Of a DNA stretch of 64,000 bases, positions 38,984 through 51,420 are shown piece after piece. The DNA comes from an archaeon (lineage in GTDB: Archaea; Nanobdellota; Nanobdellia; Woesearchaeales; GCA-2686295): NCBI GenBank assembly GCA_043822105.1, contig JBDRCD010000010.1:86685-150684 (forward strand), read 5' to 3'. The notes under the pieces are model-generated. The model was not told the DNA's origin. It worked only from the letters and a program-made list of their open reading frames with translations, and made no database searches. The first letter of the stretch is position 1. The number at the start of each line of letters is the position of its first letter. The position numbers and the translations under genes were made by a program.

Positions 38984-41068
38984 TCATGGCCGGGCTAGTG
39001 TCTTTTCTAAGTCCATATATTCTCCCATTGATACCTGCATATCTGACCTTTTTGGCGTTGATTGGGGTGAAGGAGTGATGGCATCCATTAAACCAATAAC
39101 ACCTAGCTTTATATCATTGATTTTTTTCAAATCTTCTTTAGAATCAGAATATGTAAAAGTCAGATGGTCCAAAGAATGCATTGCATTATTGTAGGTGTCT
39201 TTTATTAGCTTTATATCCAAATCATCTTTCTTAAGCCTGTAGAACACCAGTGTCATAAACTTTATCGGATCCGCCTTTAGTTTGTTTCTCATGAAGTCGC
39301 CAAACTCTCCGATATCATGAGATTTTGAAACTTCATTGTAATATTCTAGCATAACTTCATATCTTTTCACATCACTTTTATCATCATGTCCAAAGAAATC
39401 TCCCTGTTCCATAAGTTTAGAGAGTTCATAGACAGGAAGTGTTGAGTCTCTGGCAACGTTGTCAATTTTTGTGTAACGGTAGTCTCCTTTGTTCCAGTTG
39501 AAAGCATGTGCATCCGTATCAACAACAGTATACATTCCTGCAAATTCTTTTACAAGGAAATCAAGATTTTCAAATATTTTATTGGCAGCTTTCCTGACTC
39601 TTAACTGATCCATGTCTGCGGCGCTGTTAATTATTTTTTCAATGTGCTTTTTCTTGCTGACTTTTTTGTAAAGTGGATTTGAACCATGAATCCTTCCAAG
39701 GAATCTAGCAACGTCTTTAAGAGAATCAATATCTTTTGTTTCATTGAGATAGTCGTATAGTATTTGTCCTTCTTCAAAACTACTCACTGCCAGATAATCA
39801 TTTTTATATTCAATGTTCATTGGATTATCAATGATGTGAAACCTAGTATCTTCGTTGACTTTGTTAAAATTTGTTTTTATTTTATCATTAAAATCCCTGT
39901 CGTATTCTAAAGTTTTGATGTTATCACTTTTTTTCAGAATCATAACTCCATTATCAAATCCTCTGCCTTTTAGCATACTAACTTCATGGTTTCCTATCTG
40001 TTCAATCTGGTCTTCCAATGAAGATGCAACTTTAAAAAAACTCTTTTCAAATCTATCTCTGTCGTTTATTTTCTTCATAAGCATTGAATAGGCAAGAAGT
40101 GCATTGTCTTTGTTAGATTCATCTTTTTCAGCTTCAACCAAATAGTCATCGAGAAGCTTTAAACCAACTTTTCTCTCACCGATACTGTCAAGTGTTTGGA
40201 ATAAACTAAGATAGTTTACAAATAATTTAGGATTATCTTCAATTCGTGAGTGAAAATAATGAATAGTATCACATATGGTTCTTATTCTATTATAATCGCC
40301 GTAAAGAATAACATCATTAGTTTTCTCTTCGGTTATTCTAAGAACCGTTTCAAAAGCCTTAGCAATGTTTCCTCTTTCCATGCAAGCTAAAGCATATTCA
40401 TGCGTAAACATTGAAACATTTGTTTCATCAGAAGCTCTTTTTATTTCTTCATAGAATTTTTCTTTGTTTTTTGATTTTTTTAATTTGATTAGTTTTTTCT
40501 TTCTTTTTTTTATACTTGCATTTGAAGAATGGTTTAAACTGGTTCCTGTTTTGAAAGCTGCAAACATTACTGCCCAGAGTACAGGAAGTAGACCATAATA
40601 ACTCATTGAACTAGGATTGTTCAAAACATATTCTAAATGTTCTGACCATCCTTTGTCTATTATGTTAACACCTTCTCCAATAATTGGACCTGCTGAAGTT
40701 ACTATGGACGCATCAACAGCAGGATGTTCTATTAAATAGTCTTTTATTCTTTGACCTAAAGTTCTATTTTCTGTTTTTACAAATTGTTTTCCTTTTACTC
40801 TTTTTTTTATTGTCTTGTATTCAACACCTATTTTTTTCAAAGTCTGAAAAGTAAGTCTTTTTTTGTAGCTCAGATCGCCCATAAGTTTTCCTCCGATTAT
40901 TGAAGGAATATAGAGTATTTTGTAAAATGGATTATCAGGAATATCAAAAGTATACACTCCTCCACTCCATATGGCTATAGTGTTTATTGTTGATATTCTT
41001 TTTGCAGTTTTTGGATGTTCTGTCAACCAATCATCTGCTCTGCTAATTATCTTTTCAAGTCCCCCCAT
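38984..41068 (-). CDS. Membrane-anchored protein with TPR-like region and APH/kinase-like C-terminal domain
   Basis: TM helices; ARFLGRIH, DTDAHAFN and KIDN resemble phosphotransferase motifs. Confidence 0.55.
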   Translation of the reverse strand: MGGLEKIISRADDWLTEHPKTAKRISTINTIAIWSGGVYTFDIPDNPFYKILYIPSIIGGKLMGDLSYKKRLTFQTLKKIGVEYKTIKKRVKGKQFVKTENRTLGQRIKDYLIEHPAVDASIVTSAGPIIGEGVNIIDKGWSEHLEYVLNNPSSMSYYGLLPVLWAVMFAAFKTGTSLNHSSNASIKKRKKKLIKLKKSKNKEKFYEEIKRASDETNVSMFTHEYALACMERGNIAKAFETVLRITEEKTNDVILYGDYNRIRTICDTIHYFHSRIEDNPKLFVNYLSLFQTLDSIGERKVGLKLLDDYLVEAEKDESNKDNALLAYSMLMKKINDRDRFEKSFFKVASSLEDQIEQIGNHEVSMLKGRGFDNGVMILKKSDNIKTLEYDRDFNDKIKTNFNKVNEDTRFHIIDNPMNIEYKNDYLAVSSFEEGQILYDYLNETKDIDSLKDVARFLGRIHGSNPLYKKVSKKKHIEKIINSAADMDQLRVRKAANKIFENLDFLVKEFAGMYTVVDTDAHAFNWNKGDYRYTKIDNVARDSTLPVYELSKLMEQGDFFGHDDKSDVKRYEVMLEYYNEVSKSHDIGEFGDFMRNKLKADPIKFMTLVFYRLKKDDLDIKLIKDTYNNAMHSLDHLTFTYSDSKEDLKKINDIKLGVIGLMDAITPSPQSTPKRSDMQVSMGEYMDLEKTLARP

Positions 41069-41153
41069 TCAATTAAGAAATTCAAAGAAATATTAAAACC
41101 TATTTATTTTCTTTGCATAAGCCTTAAATATGAATTGAGGATTCTTATTTTGC

Positions 41154-42101
41154 ATGAGTAAGGAAGAAATTATTTACACTATGATTACAAATTGGGAAGA
41201 ATTATCTGATTTAGTTTTTAATGAAAGTAGTAAAGGAAAAACAATCTTTAGGGAACTCGAAAATCGTTTACCTAAAGAATACAAAGAAACACTTAATGGA
41301 AATATGTCTGTTGAACAATTCTTTGATTTGGTTCAAGAAGAAATGGGCGTACAATTAAGAAGACCTACCCTTAACTCAAAAATTGTAAATGAGAAAAAGG
41401 CTGTTGAACTCAATCAGAAAGGAATTCAAATTGTGAGAGTCTTAAATAAGAAAATGATGGATAATCTCTTGCCTGAAAATGAAATTAGAGATTTAACACA
41501 ACTAAGAATTCATCATGACGAAGCAAATCCTATTTATTATGAAGCTTTACAATCATCAAATACATTCGAGTTAATTGTAAGTAAAAGCATTGCTTATGCT
41601 CTTTCAAGCGTGGCTTATTTTAACAAAAGAAGAAATAATGATGTTGACTGGATTGTTTCAAACATTAATAATTATGAAAGCCCAGTAGTTATAGAGTCAG
41701 GCATATCTTGGGGGGTTAATGTAGACAAAATTTCTGAAAAATTAAAATCCACTCATAATGTTCAACTTAAAATTCTTGAGCAGATTGCTGTTGAAGGAGA
41801 AAATTGCAATCCAGATGGATATTTATATGCACCACATGTCAGACTAAGACGTGGTCTTATAAAAGGGACTTTAAGTCAAACAGAAATGGAATATCTTGCT
41901 GCGCAAGATATTGTTTATTCTCAAATAATTGATTCAAAACCAGAAAATTATGATGGGCATTTCCCAAAGTCTTACATGTCTTCAATTGCAAAAGAAATAT
42001 GTAAAGAATTGTCTATTACCAAACTCAAAACATTATTTCCTATTTTGAGAGAATCAAATGGTTGTTCTTTTGAACAAAAGATTGATATTGTTAAAAGTTA
42101 A
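41154..42101 (+). CDS. Hypothetical protein
   Basis: 315-aa ORF with a TATA-like element upstream. Confidence 0.6.
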   Translation: MSKEEIIYTMITNWEELSDLVFNESSKGKTIFRELENRLPKEYKETLNGNMSVEQFFDLVQEEMGVQLRRPTLNSKIVNEKKAVELNQKGIQIVRVLNKKMMDNLLPENEIRDLTQLRIHHDEANPIYYEALQSSNTFELIVSKSIAYALSSVAYFNKRRNNDVDWIVSNINNYESPVVIESGISWGVNVDKISEKLKSTHNVQLKILEQIAVEGENCNPDGYLYAPHVRLRRGLIKGTLSQTEMEYLAAQDIVYSQIIDSKPENYDGHFPKSYMSSIAKEICKELSITKLKTLFPILRESNGCSFEQKIDIVKS

Positions 42102-42355
42102 TATTTTCTATGATGAAAGTAAAATATTCCCATTGCCATGGATATCATCAACAGACCAATATATCCTGTCGCATAGTTATTCCAACTTTCTGGATTTTCT
42201 AAATGTGGTGTTGCAGCCTCGCAGAGATATTCTTCTGGGCAGTCTGGTGGGAAGCAGCAGCTCTGAGAAATGACTTCTCCGGTTATTCCCGAGCTTAAAA
42301 AATAGACTCCTGAAATAGCCATTATTACAAGAATTATTGCAAGTCCGTTTTTCAT
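42098..42355 (-). CDS. Small two-TM protein with Cys-rich loop
   Basis: GITGEV motif followed by CCFPPDCPEEYLC. Confidence 0.65.
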   Translation of the reverse strand: MKNGLAIILVIMAISGVYFLSSGITGEVISQSCCFPPDCPEEYLCEAATPHLENPESWNNYATGYIGLLMISMAMGIFYFHHRKY

Positions 42356-42630
42356 GGTTTTTTCTTTGTTTTCTTGATATAAAAACTTTGTGTAAATTGG
42401 TGCTGAAAATTCTCCTTATTTGAAAACGTTTTTTGTTTTTAAATACAACAAAATCTCTGATTTTGAGTTTCAAAAAGCTTTTGCTTTTTGTCATCCCAGA
42501 AATCTATGATTTCTGTTATTTTCATCGAAAGTTTTTTAAACGAATCAGTATCCTAAATAATAGGGTATCAGGGACGATAAAAAATGGCAGACATCAAAAA
42601 TATAAAATTTTTGGATCTCCATAATTTTGA

Positions 42631-44529
<1,899 letters not shown>

Positions 44530-44579
44530 AAAGCGCAATCTATTTAAAGGCCCTATATTTTCTGCCGACTATAAGAAAA

Positions 44580-45377
44580 ATGGCTAAAAAACAAGTATCA
44601 ACAAAAAAAATTAAGAAGAAGTGGTTTCCTATTGTAGCTCCAAAGATGTTTGGAGGAAAAGTACTGGGTGAATTGCTGCTTGCAGACGCAAATATGATGA
44701 AGGGCAGGCACATAACACAGAACCTTTCAAATGTTCTTAATGATCCTAAAAAACACAGCATAAACATGCAATTCCTGATTAAAGATGTTAAAGAAGGTCA
44801 GGGTATTACAACAATTACAAAATATGAATTAATTTCTGGCTACATAAAAAGACTTATTAGAAGAGGAAGAACAAAAATAGTTGATTCTTTCATTACAAAA
44901 TCTGCCGATGGCAAAAGAGTAAGAGTAAAGACCATAATTCTAACAAATTCATATGCTCACAAATCAACCCAGACAAAGATTAGAATGAATGTTCGGGAAT
45001 TGATGAAGAAAGAAGTTGCTAAAAACACCTTTGAGAAATCAATCGAAGAGCTGTTGAAACTCACAATACAGAAGGAAATAAGAAAAACCATTTCCAAAAT
45101 CGCACCTTCCAGAAACTTTGAAATCAGAGTCTTTAAGCTTGAAGAAGGTAAAGCGGGCGAAGATGAAAAAGTTGAAGAGGTTAAAGTTGAAGAAGAGAAA
45201 GAAGAAGTTGAAGTGAAAGAAGTAAAAGAAGAGAAAACAGAAAAGAAAGAAGAGAAACCTGCTAAAAAAACACCTGTAAAAAAAGCAGAGAAAAAAACTG
45301 CGGTCAAGAAAGCACCGGCAAAAAAGACACCTGCTAAAAAAACAGCAGCTAAGAAGTCTCCTGCTAAGAAGAAGTAA
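44580..45377 (+). CDS. rps3ae: Ribosomal protein eS1 (S3Ae) with Glu/Lys- and PAKK-rich tail
   Basis: KKKWFPIVAPKMF and RLIRRGRTKI. Confidence 0.9.
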   Translation: MAKKQVSTKKIKKKWFPIVAPKMFGGKVLGELLLADANMMKGRHITQNLSNVLNDPKKHSINMQFLIKDVKEGQGITTITKYELISGYIKRLIRRGRTKIVDSFITKSADGKRVRVKTIILTNSYAHKSTQTKIRMNVRELMKKEVAKNTFEKSIEELLKLTIQKEIRKTISKIAPSRNFEIRVFKLEEGKAGEDEKVEEVKVEEEKEEVEVKEVKEEKTEKKEEKPAKKTPVKKAEKKTAVKKAPAKKTPAKKTAAKKSPAKKK

Positions 45378-45422
45378 ATTTTCTATAACTTTAAATATAA
45401 CCAACTTTTTTTCTAATATAAA

Positions 45423-45677
45423 ATGTATAAATACGATTTAAAGAAAGCAATAGAAGAAATTAATGCTCAAAAGGCAACCAAGGTTTTATTGCACCTGCCT
45501 GATGGTCTTAAACCGAAAGCAGCCGAGATACAGGCAGAACTGAAAAAAGAGACTGAAGCAGAAATATTCATATGGGCTGGTTCCTGTTATGGTGCATGCG
45601 ACCTGCCAATAGAAAGCGGAAACATAGGAATAGATATGATTATACACTTTGGCCACACAAAATGGAGATATGATTAA
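45423..45677 (+). CDS. Dph2-like protein, N-terminal domain only (84 aa)
   Basis: LPDGLK, CYGACD and HFGH motifs, then a stop codon. Confidence 0.8.
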   Translation: MYKYDLKKAIEEINAQKATKVLLHLPDGLKPKAAEIQAELKKETEAEIFIWAGSCYGACDLPIESGNIGIDMIIHFGHTKWRYD

Positions 45678-47048
45678 ATGATTAAGGCAAAGAAACTAAA
45701 AGAAATAGCAACCATATACGACTTGATTCTGAACCAATGCTATGTTGGAGAAGCAAAAGGAGAATGCATACAGTTAAGTGATAATATAAAGATAAAGACA
45801 GGACAAAAAAGAGAAGGATTTATCGCTGTAAGAATAAGGAGACTTTCTCCGCCAAATATGGTGGAAGTGGAAATTGTAAATGAACCCTATACTGTTATCA
45901 GTGAACTGCAGCCAAAAACAAAACTTCATCTAAAAAACGATTTGATGAATAAGATGGAGTCTAGAATCAGAAAGGCAGCCATAATGATAAAAGATGCTGC
46001 AGAGAAGGGAAGAAATATTTATCTAAGACATCATGCAGATGCAGACGGCTACTGTGGCGCACTTGCACTTGAGAGTGTTATAATTCCTATCATTGAAAAA
46101 CAGACCAACAAAATTTGGCAGAACTACAGAAGAATGCCTATGAAAGCACCATACTATGACTACTCTGATGCATTGAAAGACATATCTTTTTTCAAGGATC
46201 AGACGGCTCTTAGGAAAAAACCGCTGTTAATAATAGTCGACAACGGATGCGGAGAACAGGATTTGCTTTCTCTGGAAAGAATAAAGCTCTATGATGTTGA
46301 CGTAATAATAATTGATCACCATTTGTACTCAAAGAAAGTTGATGAATTGGTTGAGGTTCATGTTAATCCAAGAGTTTTTGGTGGTGAAGGAGATATCTGC
46401 AGTGGTATGCTTGGCTATGAAATAGCTAGTCAGATAGGAAAGCCTGATCCGATGTTTGCAGCGGTTGCTGGAATAGCAGACATGAGTGGAAATGAATTTG
46501 TTGAGCCCTATGTAAAACTTTCCGGGAAAAAAAGGGAACTGCTTGAGAACGTTGCAACCTGTCTTGATTTTGAAGCATGGCAGTTAAGATTCATGGAATC
46601 AAATGCAGTCTATGATCTGTTCAATGAAAAACAGGAAAAAGTGATTGCACTTGTTCTGCCTGAAGTAGAAAAAAGCATGGAAAAATACAAAGTTGTAATC
46701 AAGAAATTTTTGAAAGTCGAGAAACTTAGAAAAGGAACTCTGACAATACTTGACCTTGACAAAACCGTATTGATGAACAGCTACCCTTCTTCAGGAAAAG
46801 TCACTGGTATTGCAAGAAGAATGCAGAAAGGTCCTGGAGTGACACTTGGAATTGCAGAAGATTTCATAACAATCAGAGTTGACGGTCTTAAATTTTCCTT
46901 GGAAAAACTGATGACAACGTTGAAAAAGAAGTTTCCATACGCCATGATAAATGGTGGCGGACATGACTATGCAGCGACTATAAAATTTATTCCTGCAGCA
47001 AAAGAAGAAGTTAAACAAGAATTCTTGAGATACATTAAAGGATTATAG
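45678..47048 (+). CDS. RecJ-like DHH/DHHA1 phosphoesterase
   Basis: HHADADG, VDNG, IDHH and GGGH. Confidence 0.88.
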   Translation: MIKAKKLKEIATIYDLILNQCYVGEAKGECIQLSDNIKIKTGQKREGFIAVRIRRLSPPNMVEVEIVNEPYTVISELQPKTKLHLKNDLMNKMESRIRKAAIMIKDAAEKGRNIYLRHHADADGYCGALALESVIIPIIEKQTNKIWQNYRRMPMKAPYYDYSDALKDISFFKDQTALRKKPLLIIVDNGCGEQDLLSLERIKLYDVDVIIIDHHLYSKKVDELVEVHVNPRVFGGEGDICSGMLGYEIASQIGKPDPMFAAVAGIADMSGNEFVEPYVKLSGKKRELLENVATCLDFEAWQLRFMESNAVYDLFNEKQEKVIALVLPEVEKSMEKYKVVIKKFLKVEKLRKGTLTILDLDKTVLMNSYPSSGKVTGIARRMQKGPGVTLGIAEDFITIRVDGLKFSLEKLMTTLKKKFPYAMINGGGHDYAATIKFIPAAKEEVKQEFLRYIKGL

Positions 47049-47057
47049 AAAAAATTA

Positions 47058-47252
47058 TTATTTTTGTTGTTCCTTTTTTTCCATGTAACCTGATTTACCA
47101 CAAGATCTTCTATTGGAATGCTCTGCTAGGAAGTCACCATCTGATTTTGGAGAGAATTTGTTTTTTCTTGTGATGGTCTCTCCTTCAACCTTGTAGTTTT
47201 TCCAGAGTTGTCTGGTTTTCTTCTTTTTTGCTGGAGCTTTATGGTCTGCCAT
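47058..47252 (-). CDS. rps27ae: Ribosomal protein eS31 (S27ae), Zn-ligand-poor form
   Basis: YKVEG...RKNKFSPKS...FLAEHSNRRSCGKSGY. Confidence 0.85.
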   Translation of the reverse strand: MADHKAPAKKKKTRQLWKNYKVEGETITRKNKFSPKSDGDFLAEHSNRRSCGKSGYMEKKEQQK

Positions 47253-47388
47253 AGCTTTAGTGGAAAAATAAAGGGTTTATAAAACTTATTGTTTAAAATT
47301 AAATTTTTGGAATACAAAGTCTTTGACTTTGTTATATAAAGATTACTAATTCACAACTTTTTTAAAACAACTTCTTTTTCTTGCCCAC

Positions 47389-49560
47389 ATGACTTATGAA
47401 TTAATCATCACTGAGAAACCTTCTGCAGCCATGAAGATAGCCTATGCTCTCAGCGACGCTAAACCTGTCAAAAAAACACTTGGTGGAGTGTCCTATTATA
47501 TGCTTTCTCATGACAAGAAAGACATTGTTGTTGTTTCCGCAGTTGGTCATTTGTTTGGTGTTGCAGAAAAAACGCACGGTTATGAATACCCTAGCTTTGA
47601 CATTGAATGGAGACCAACAAGTCAGACAAGCGGTGCTTCCTACTCAACCAAATATGCTACAACCATAAAAAAACTTTCTGAAGATGCAAGTAGTTTTACG
47701 GTTGCATGTGACTATGATATTGAAGGAGAAGTCATCGGACTTAACTGTGTCAGGTTTCTTTGCAAGAAAAAAGACGCGGGCAGAATGAAATTCAGTACCC
47801 TGACAAAACCTGACCTGATTGAATCTTACAATCACAAAGCAAAAACTTTGAATTGGGGCCAGGCAAACGCTGGAGAGACAAGACATTTTCTGGACTGGTT
47901 ATACGGAATAAATCTGAGCCGAGCCCTAACTTCTTCAATAATAAAAAAAGGCCATAAAAAAACACTTTCAACAGGCAGAGTTCAGGGTCCAGCACTAAAA
48001 CTCATCGTCGACAAAGAAGAAGAAATACAAAAATTCAAAGTCGAACCCTACTGGCAGTTGGAACTGGACGGAACAGTTAAGAATGAAGAAATTAAAGCAA
48101 TGCATGAAACAGAACAGTTTTTCAAAGAAGAAGTTGTTGATGAAATACTTAAGAAAACAAAAGGAAAAAATGGTGTGGTAGTGGAAAGTGAAAGAAATGA
48201 AAAAACACACATTCCACCATATGCTTTTGATCTGACAACTCTTCAGATGGAATCCTACAGAAGTTTGAAAATCTCTCCTAAACAAACACTTGCCATTGCT
48301 CAGAATTTATACTTGGCTGGAAAAATATCCTATCCGAGAACAAGTTCCCAGAAACTTCCGCCAACAATAGGCTATAAAAGAATACTGGCGGAGCTGCAGG
48401 AAAATAAAGACTATGCAAAAATCTGCAAAGAAATACTTTCAAAAGACAAGGTTTATCCACGACAGGGAGCAAAGGATGATCCTGCCCACCCAGCCATCTA
48501 TCCAACAGGAAAACAATCAAAAAGTCTAAAGGCCAATGACCAAAAGGTTTATGATTTGATTGTCAGAAGATTTCTTTCGGCATTTGGAGAATCGGCAGAA
48601 AGAGTTGAAACAATTCTGAAAATCAATGTGGAAAAAGAACTTTTCATTGCAAAAGGAACAATCACCATCAAAAAAGGATGGTATGTTTACTATGGTAAAC
48701 ATAATAATGTCAGAGAAATAAAGATTCCGGATGCAAAAATTAAAGACATTGTAAAAGTGAAAGAAATCATAAAGTATGAAAAAGAAACTGAGCCACCAAA
48801 AAGATACAGTCCGGCAAGCATAATCAAAGAGCTTGAAAACAGAAATCTTGGAACAAAAAGTACACGTGCAAACGTTATAGATACATTGTATCAAAGAGAT
48901 TTTATCAAGGGAACAAGACTGGAAGCAACACTCATGGGTATTGGAGTTATCAAAACATTATCAAAATATAGTCCAAGAATTGTTGAAGAAGAACTGACAA
49001 GGCATTTTGAAGAGGAGATGCAGGAAATAAGAGAAGAAAAAAAGACAAAAGATGATGTTTTGGATGAGGCAAAAGAAGTTTTAACAGAAATACTTAAGGA
49101 TTTCAAGAAAAATGAATCAAAGATAGGTGGAGAACTCGTTACAGCACAGAAAGAAACAACTGAAAAAGAGTCAATGGGATCATGTCCAAACTGCGATCAA
49201 GGAACACTACTAATAAAAAGAGGAAAATTCGGACGATTTGTGGCCTGCGACAAATATCCTGACTGTAAAACAACCTTTAACATTCCTAATTCTGGTTTTA
49301 TAAAAACCTCTGGTAATAAATGCAAAGACTGCAAAGTTCCTACGATTTTGATTAAATTCAAAGGCCGAAAAGAAACCGAGGAGTGCATGAATCCGAAATG
49401 TCCTTCAAAAGAGCAAGAAGTTGCTGAAGAAGAGGAAAGACCCTGTGCATTGTGCAAAAAAGGTGTTATGAAGCTTCGAAGTTCAATGTATGGTAAGTTC
49501 TACGGATGTAGCAACTATCCAAAGTGCAAGAACACTGAGAAGATTGCTAAGAAAGAATAA
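47389..49560 (+). CDS. topA: Type IA DNA topoisomerase
   Basis: EKPS, DYDIEGE, GRVQ, SYPRT and GTKSTR; C-terminal Zn ribbons. Confidence 0.97.
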   Translation: MTYELIITEKPSAAMKIAYALSDAKPVKKTLGGVSYYMLSHDKKDIVVVSAVGHLFGVAEKTHGYEYPSFDIEWRPTSQTSGASYSTKYATTIKKLSEDASSFTVACDYDIEGEVIGLNCVRFLCKKKDAGRMKFSTLTKPDLIESYNHKAKTLNWGQANAGETRHFLDWLYGINLSRALTSSIIKKGHKKTLSTGRVQGPALKLIVDKEEEIQKFKVEPYWQLELDGTVKNEEIKAMHETEQFFKEEVVDEILKKTKGKNGVVVESERNEKTHIPPYAFDLTTLQMESYRSLKISPKQTLAIAQNLYLAGKISYPRTSSQKLPPTIGYKRILAELQENKDYAKICKEILSKDKVYPRQGAKDDPAHPAIYPTGKQSKSLKANDQKVYDLIVRRFLSAFGESAERVETILKINVEKELFIAKGTITIKKGWYVYYGKHNNVREIKIPDAKIKDIVKVKEIIKYEKETEPPKRYSPASIIKELENRNLGTKSTRANVIDTLYQRDFIKGTRLEATLMGIGVIKTLSKYSPRIVEEELTRHFEEEMQEIREEKKTKDDVLDEAKEVLTEILKDFKKNESKIGGELVTAQKETTEKESMGSCPNCDQGTLLIKRGKFGRFVACDKYPDCKTTFNIPNSGFIKTSGNKCKDCKVPTILIKFKGRKETEECMNPKCPSKEQEVAEEEERPCALCKKGVMKLRSSMYGKFYGCSNYPKCKNTEKIAKKE

Positions 49561-49592
49561 TTATTTAAATTCTAAAGCCTTACATGTAAGGT

Positions 49593-50237
49593 ATGTGGGT
49601 AGCAAAGTTTAAAATGAAGCATGATTGTATGCTTGGAAACAGATGTCAGGAGTTTAAAATAATTCTTCAGTCTATAATGTTTAATACTTTCAAGAAAGAT
49701 AATTTTATCTACACTTATTCAATGCACATAATGCAGGGAAAGAACAAAGAAAAATATATTGAAAGTCTGAAAAAAGACAAGGATCTTGTTGAACTTGAAA
49801 GAACTGGTGATACTTTTTTCCTAGTTGAGAAACAAAAACAAAAGGCAGGTGGGGCATACACAGGAGATATACTTTTTATCAAGCCTGCAGTAACTGATAC
49901 TGAGGGTGTAGAACACTGGGAAGTTGCATCGCCAAAGAAAGAGTCCCTGATGAAATACATTGAACAAACAAAGAAGCACATGGACATGTTTAAACTTATA
50001 AAGATGAAAAGAGAGGAACTATCGAGCATATTCTTTCCAAGACTTCTGCCTGAAATGACTTCTTTGCAGAAAGAGATAATTGAACTGGCAATAAACAAAG
50101 GTTACTATGAGATTCCAAAGAAAATTGACATTAGGAAGCTTGCAAATATAAAAAAAATATCGCATTCTACATTTCAGGAACATCTAAAAAAAGCTGAAAA
50201 GAAAATCATTCCTTCTTTGACGGATTATATGAAATAG
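49593..50237 (+). CDS. Regulator with C-terminal bacterio-opsin-activator-type HTH
   Basis: TSLQKEIIELAINKGYYEIPK...STFQEHLKKAEKK. Confidence 0.85.
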   Translation: MWVAKFKMKHDCMLGNRCQEFKIILQSIMFNTFKKDNFIYTYSMHIMQGKNKEKYIESLKKDKDLVELERTGDTFFLVEKQKQKAGGAYTGDILFIKPAVTDTEGVEHWEVASPKKESLMKYIEQTKKHMDMFKLIKMKREELSSIFFPRLLPEMTSLQKEIIELAINKGYYEIPKKIDIRKLANIKKISHSTFQEHLKKAEKKIIPSLTDYMK

Positions 50238-50295
50238 CCGAACATGTCAGGTATAAAATAAATATGTTGATAATGGTTACTACTTCTTGATTAAA

Positions 50296-51420
50296 ATGAT
50301 GGGAGAAATAATTATACCTTCAATTAGGGGAGGAATATTTTCAGAAAAGGAGAAAGCAGAAGCTCGGAGAAATAACGAAATACTTTTTATTAGCCCAATG
50401 CTAAATGGAACCTGTCAGTTGAAATGCTTTGCATGTTATACAGAGTCCGATGGTTCAATGAAAAGAGAATTTTCTTTTGAAGAATTAAAAGAAACGCTTA
50501 AAGAAGCAAAAAATCATGGTGCAAAAACAGTAAGAATAGCTGGAATAGGTGAGCCTTTTCTTGACAATGTTTTGTTTAATCAAAAAGAAAATACTTTTCC
50601 TTTGTTAGATGTATCTGAAGAGCTTGGAATGCAAACCGTTGTGTTTACAAATGGGGTAATATTTAATAAAAATCCAAATCTACTGGAAAGATTGTATGAT
50701 AGAAACATTTCTTTGTTATTCAAATTGTGGGGAACTAAAGATACACATGATTATTTAACTGTTAATAGAGGTGGAGATTTAGAACCTTGGATAAAAAATG
50801 ATGAATTATTTGTTCCAAAAGGATTGGATTATGCAATAAAATTAGGTTTTAACAAAGTTGAATATGATAATCAAAACAATGCTGTAACAAGACTTGGAAT
50901 TGAAACTTGCTTATTTAAAGAAAACAAAAACTTTCTTCCTGAAGGTCTGCGTTGGGCGAGGAGAAATTACATATTTCCTCATTTTGAACAACCATTTGTT
51001 GGAGGAAGAATGCAGAATAATCTTGATAAAAGAGTAGGTGACAAAGAAGCTCTAAAAATTAGTGAAGAGTTATTGAAAATAGATAAAAAAGAGTTTAATG
51101 ATGACTGGAAACCAGGACTGCCCTATCTGCTTAGCAATACAACTGTTTTTGGAGAGGCAAGATGTGATAAGAGAGACTATAATCTTGTTGTAAATCTGAA
51201 TGGAGATGTTTGGGCTTGCTATGGAACTCCAATAATTTATGGTAATATTCTCAAAAACTCATTTGATGAAATAATGAATCACCCTTTTAGAAAGAAGATT
51301 CTGGAAAGTAAAGTGTGCTGTGGATGTCAGGTTTCTGCACTTTCTGAAATGAATGGTGATCCTGTAAAAACACCTGATGACCTTAACAGAGCTGCAAAAA
51401 AATATGATTATAAAGGGTGA
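50296..51420 (+). CDS. Radical SAM protein with SPASM/twitch-like C-terminus
   Basis: CQLKCFAC, GEPF and C...NGDVWAC...GNI; start uncertain. Confidence 0.88.
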   Translation: MMGEIIIPSIRGGIFSEKEKAEARRNNEILFISPMLNGTCQLKCFACYTESDGSMKREFSFEELKETLKEAKNHGAKTVRIAGIGEPFLDNVLFNQKENTFPLLDVSEELGMQTVVFTNGVIFNKNPNLLERLYDRNISLLFKLWGTKDTHDYLTVNRGGDLEPWIKNDELFVPKGLDYAIKLGFNKVEYDNQNNAVTRLGIETCLFKENKNFLPEGLRWARRNYIFPHFEQPFVGGRMQNNLDKRVGDKEALKISEELLKIDKKEFNDDWKPGLPYLLSNTTVFGEARCDKRDYNLVVNLNGDVWACYGTPIIYGNILKNSFDEIMNHPFRKKILESKVCCGCQVSALSEMNGDPVKTPDDLNRAAKKYDYKG

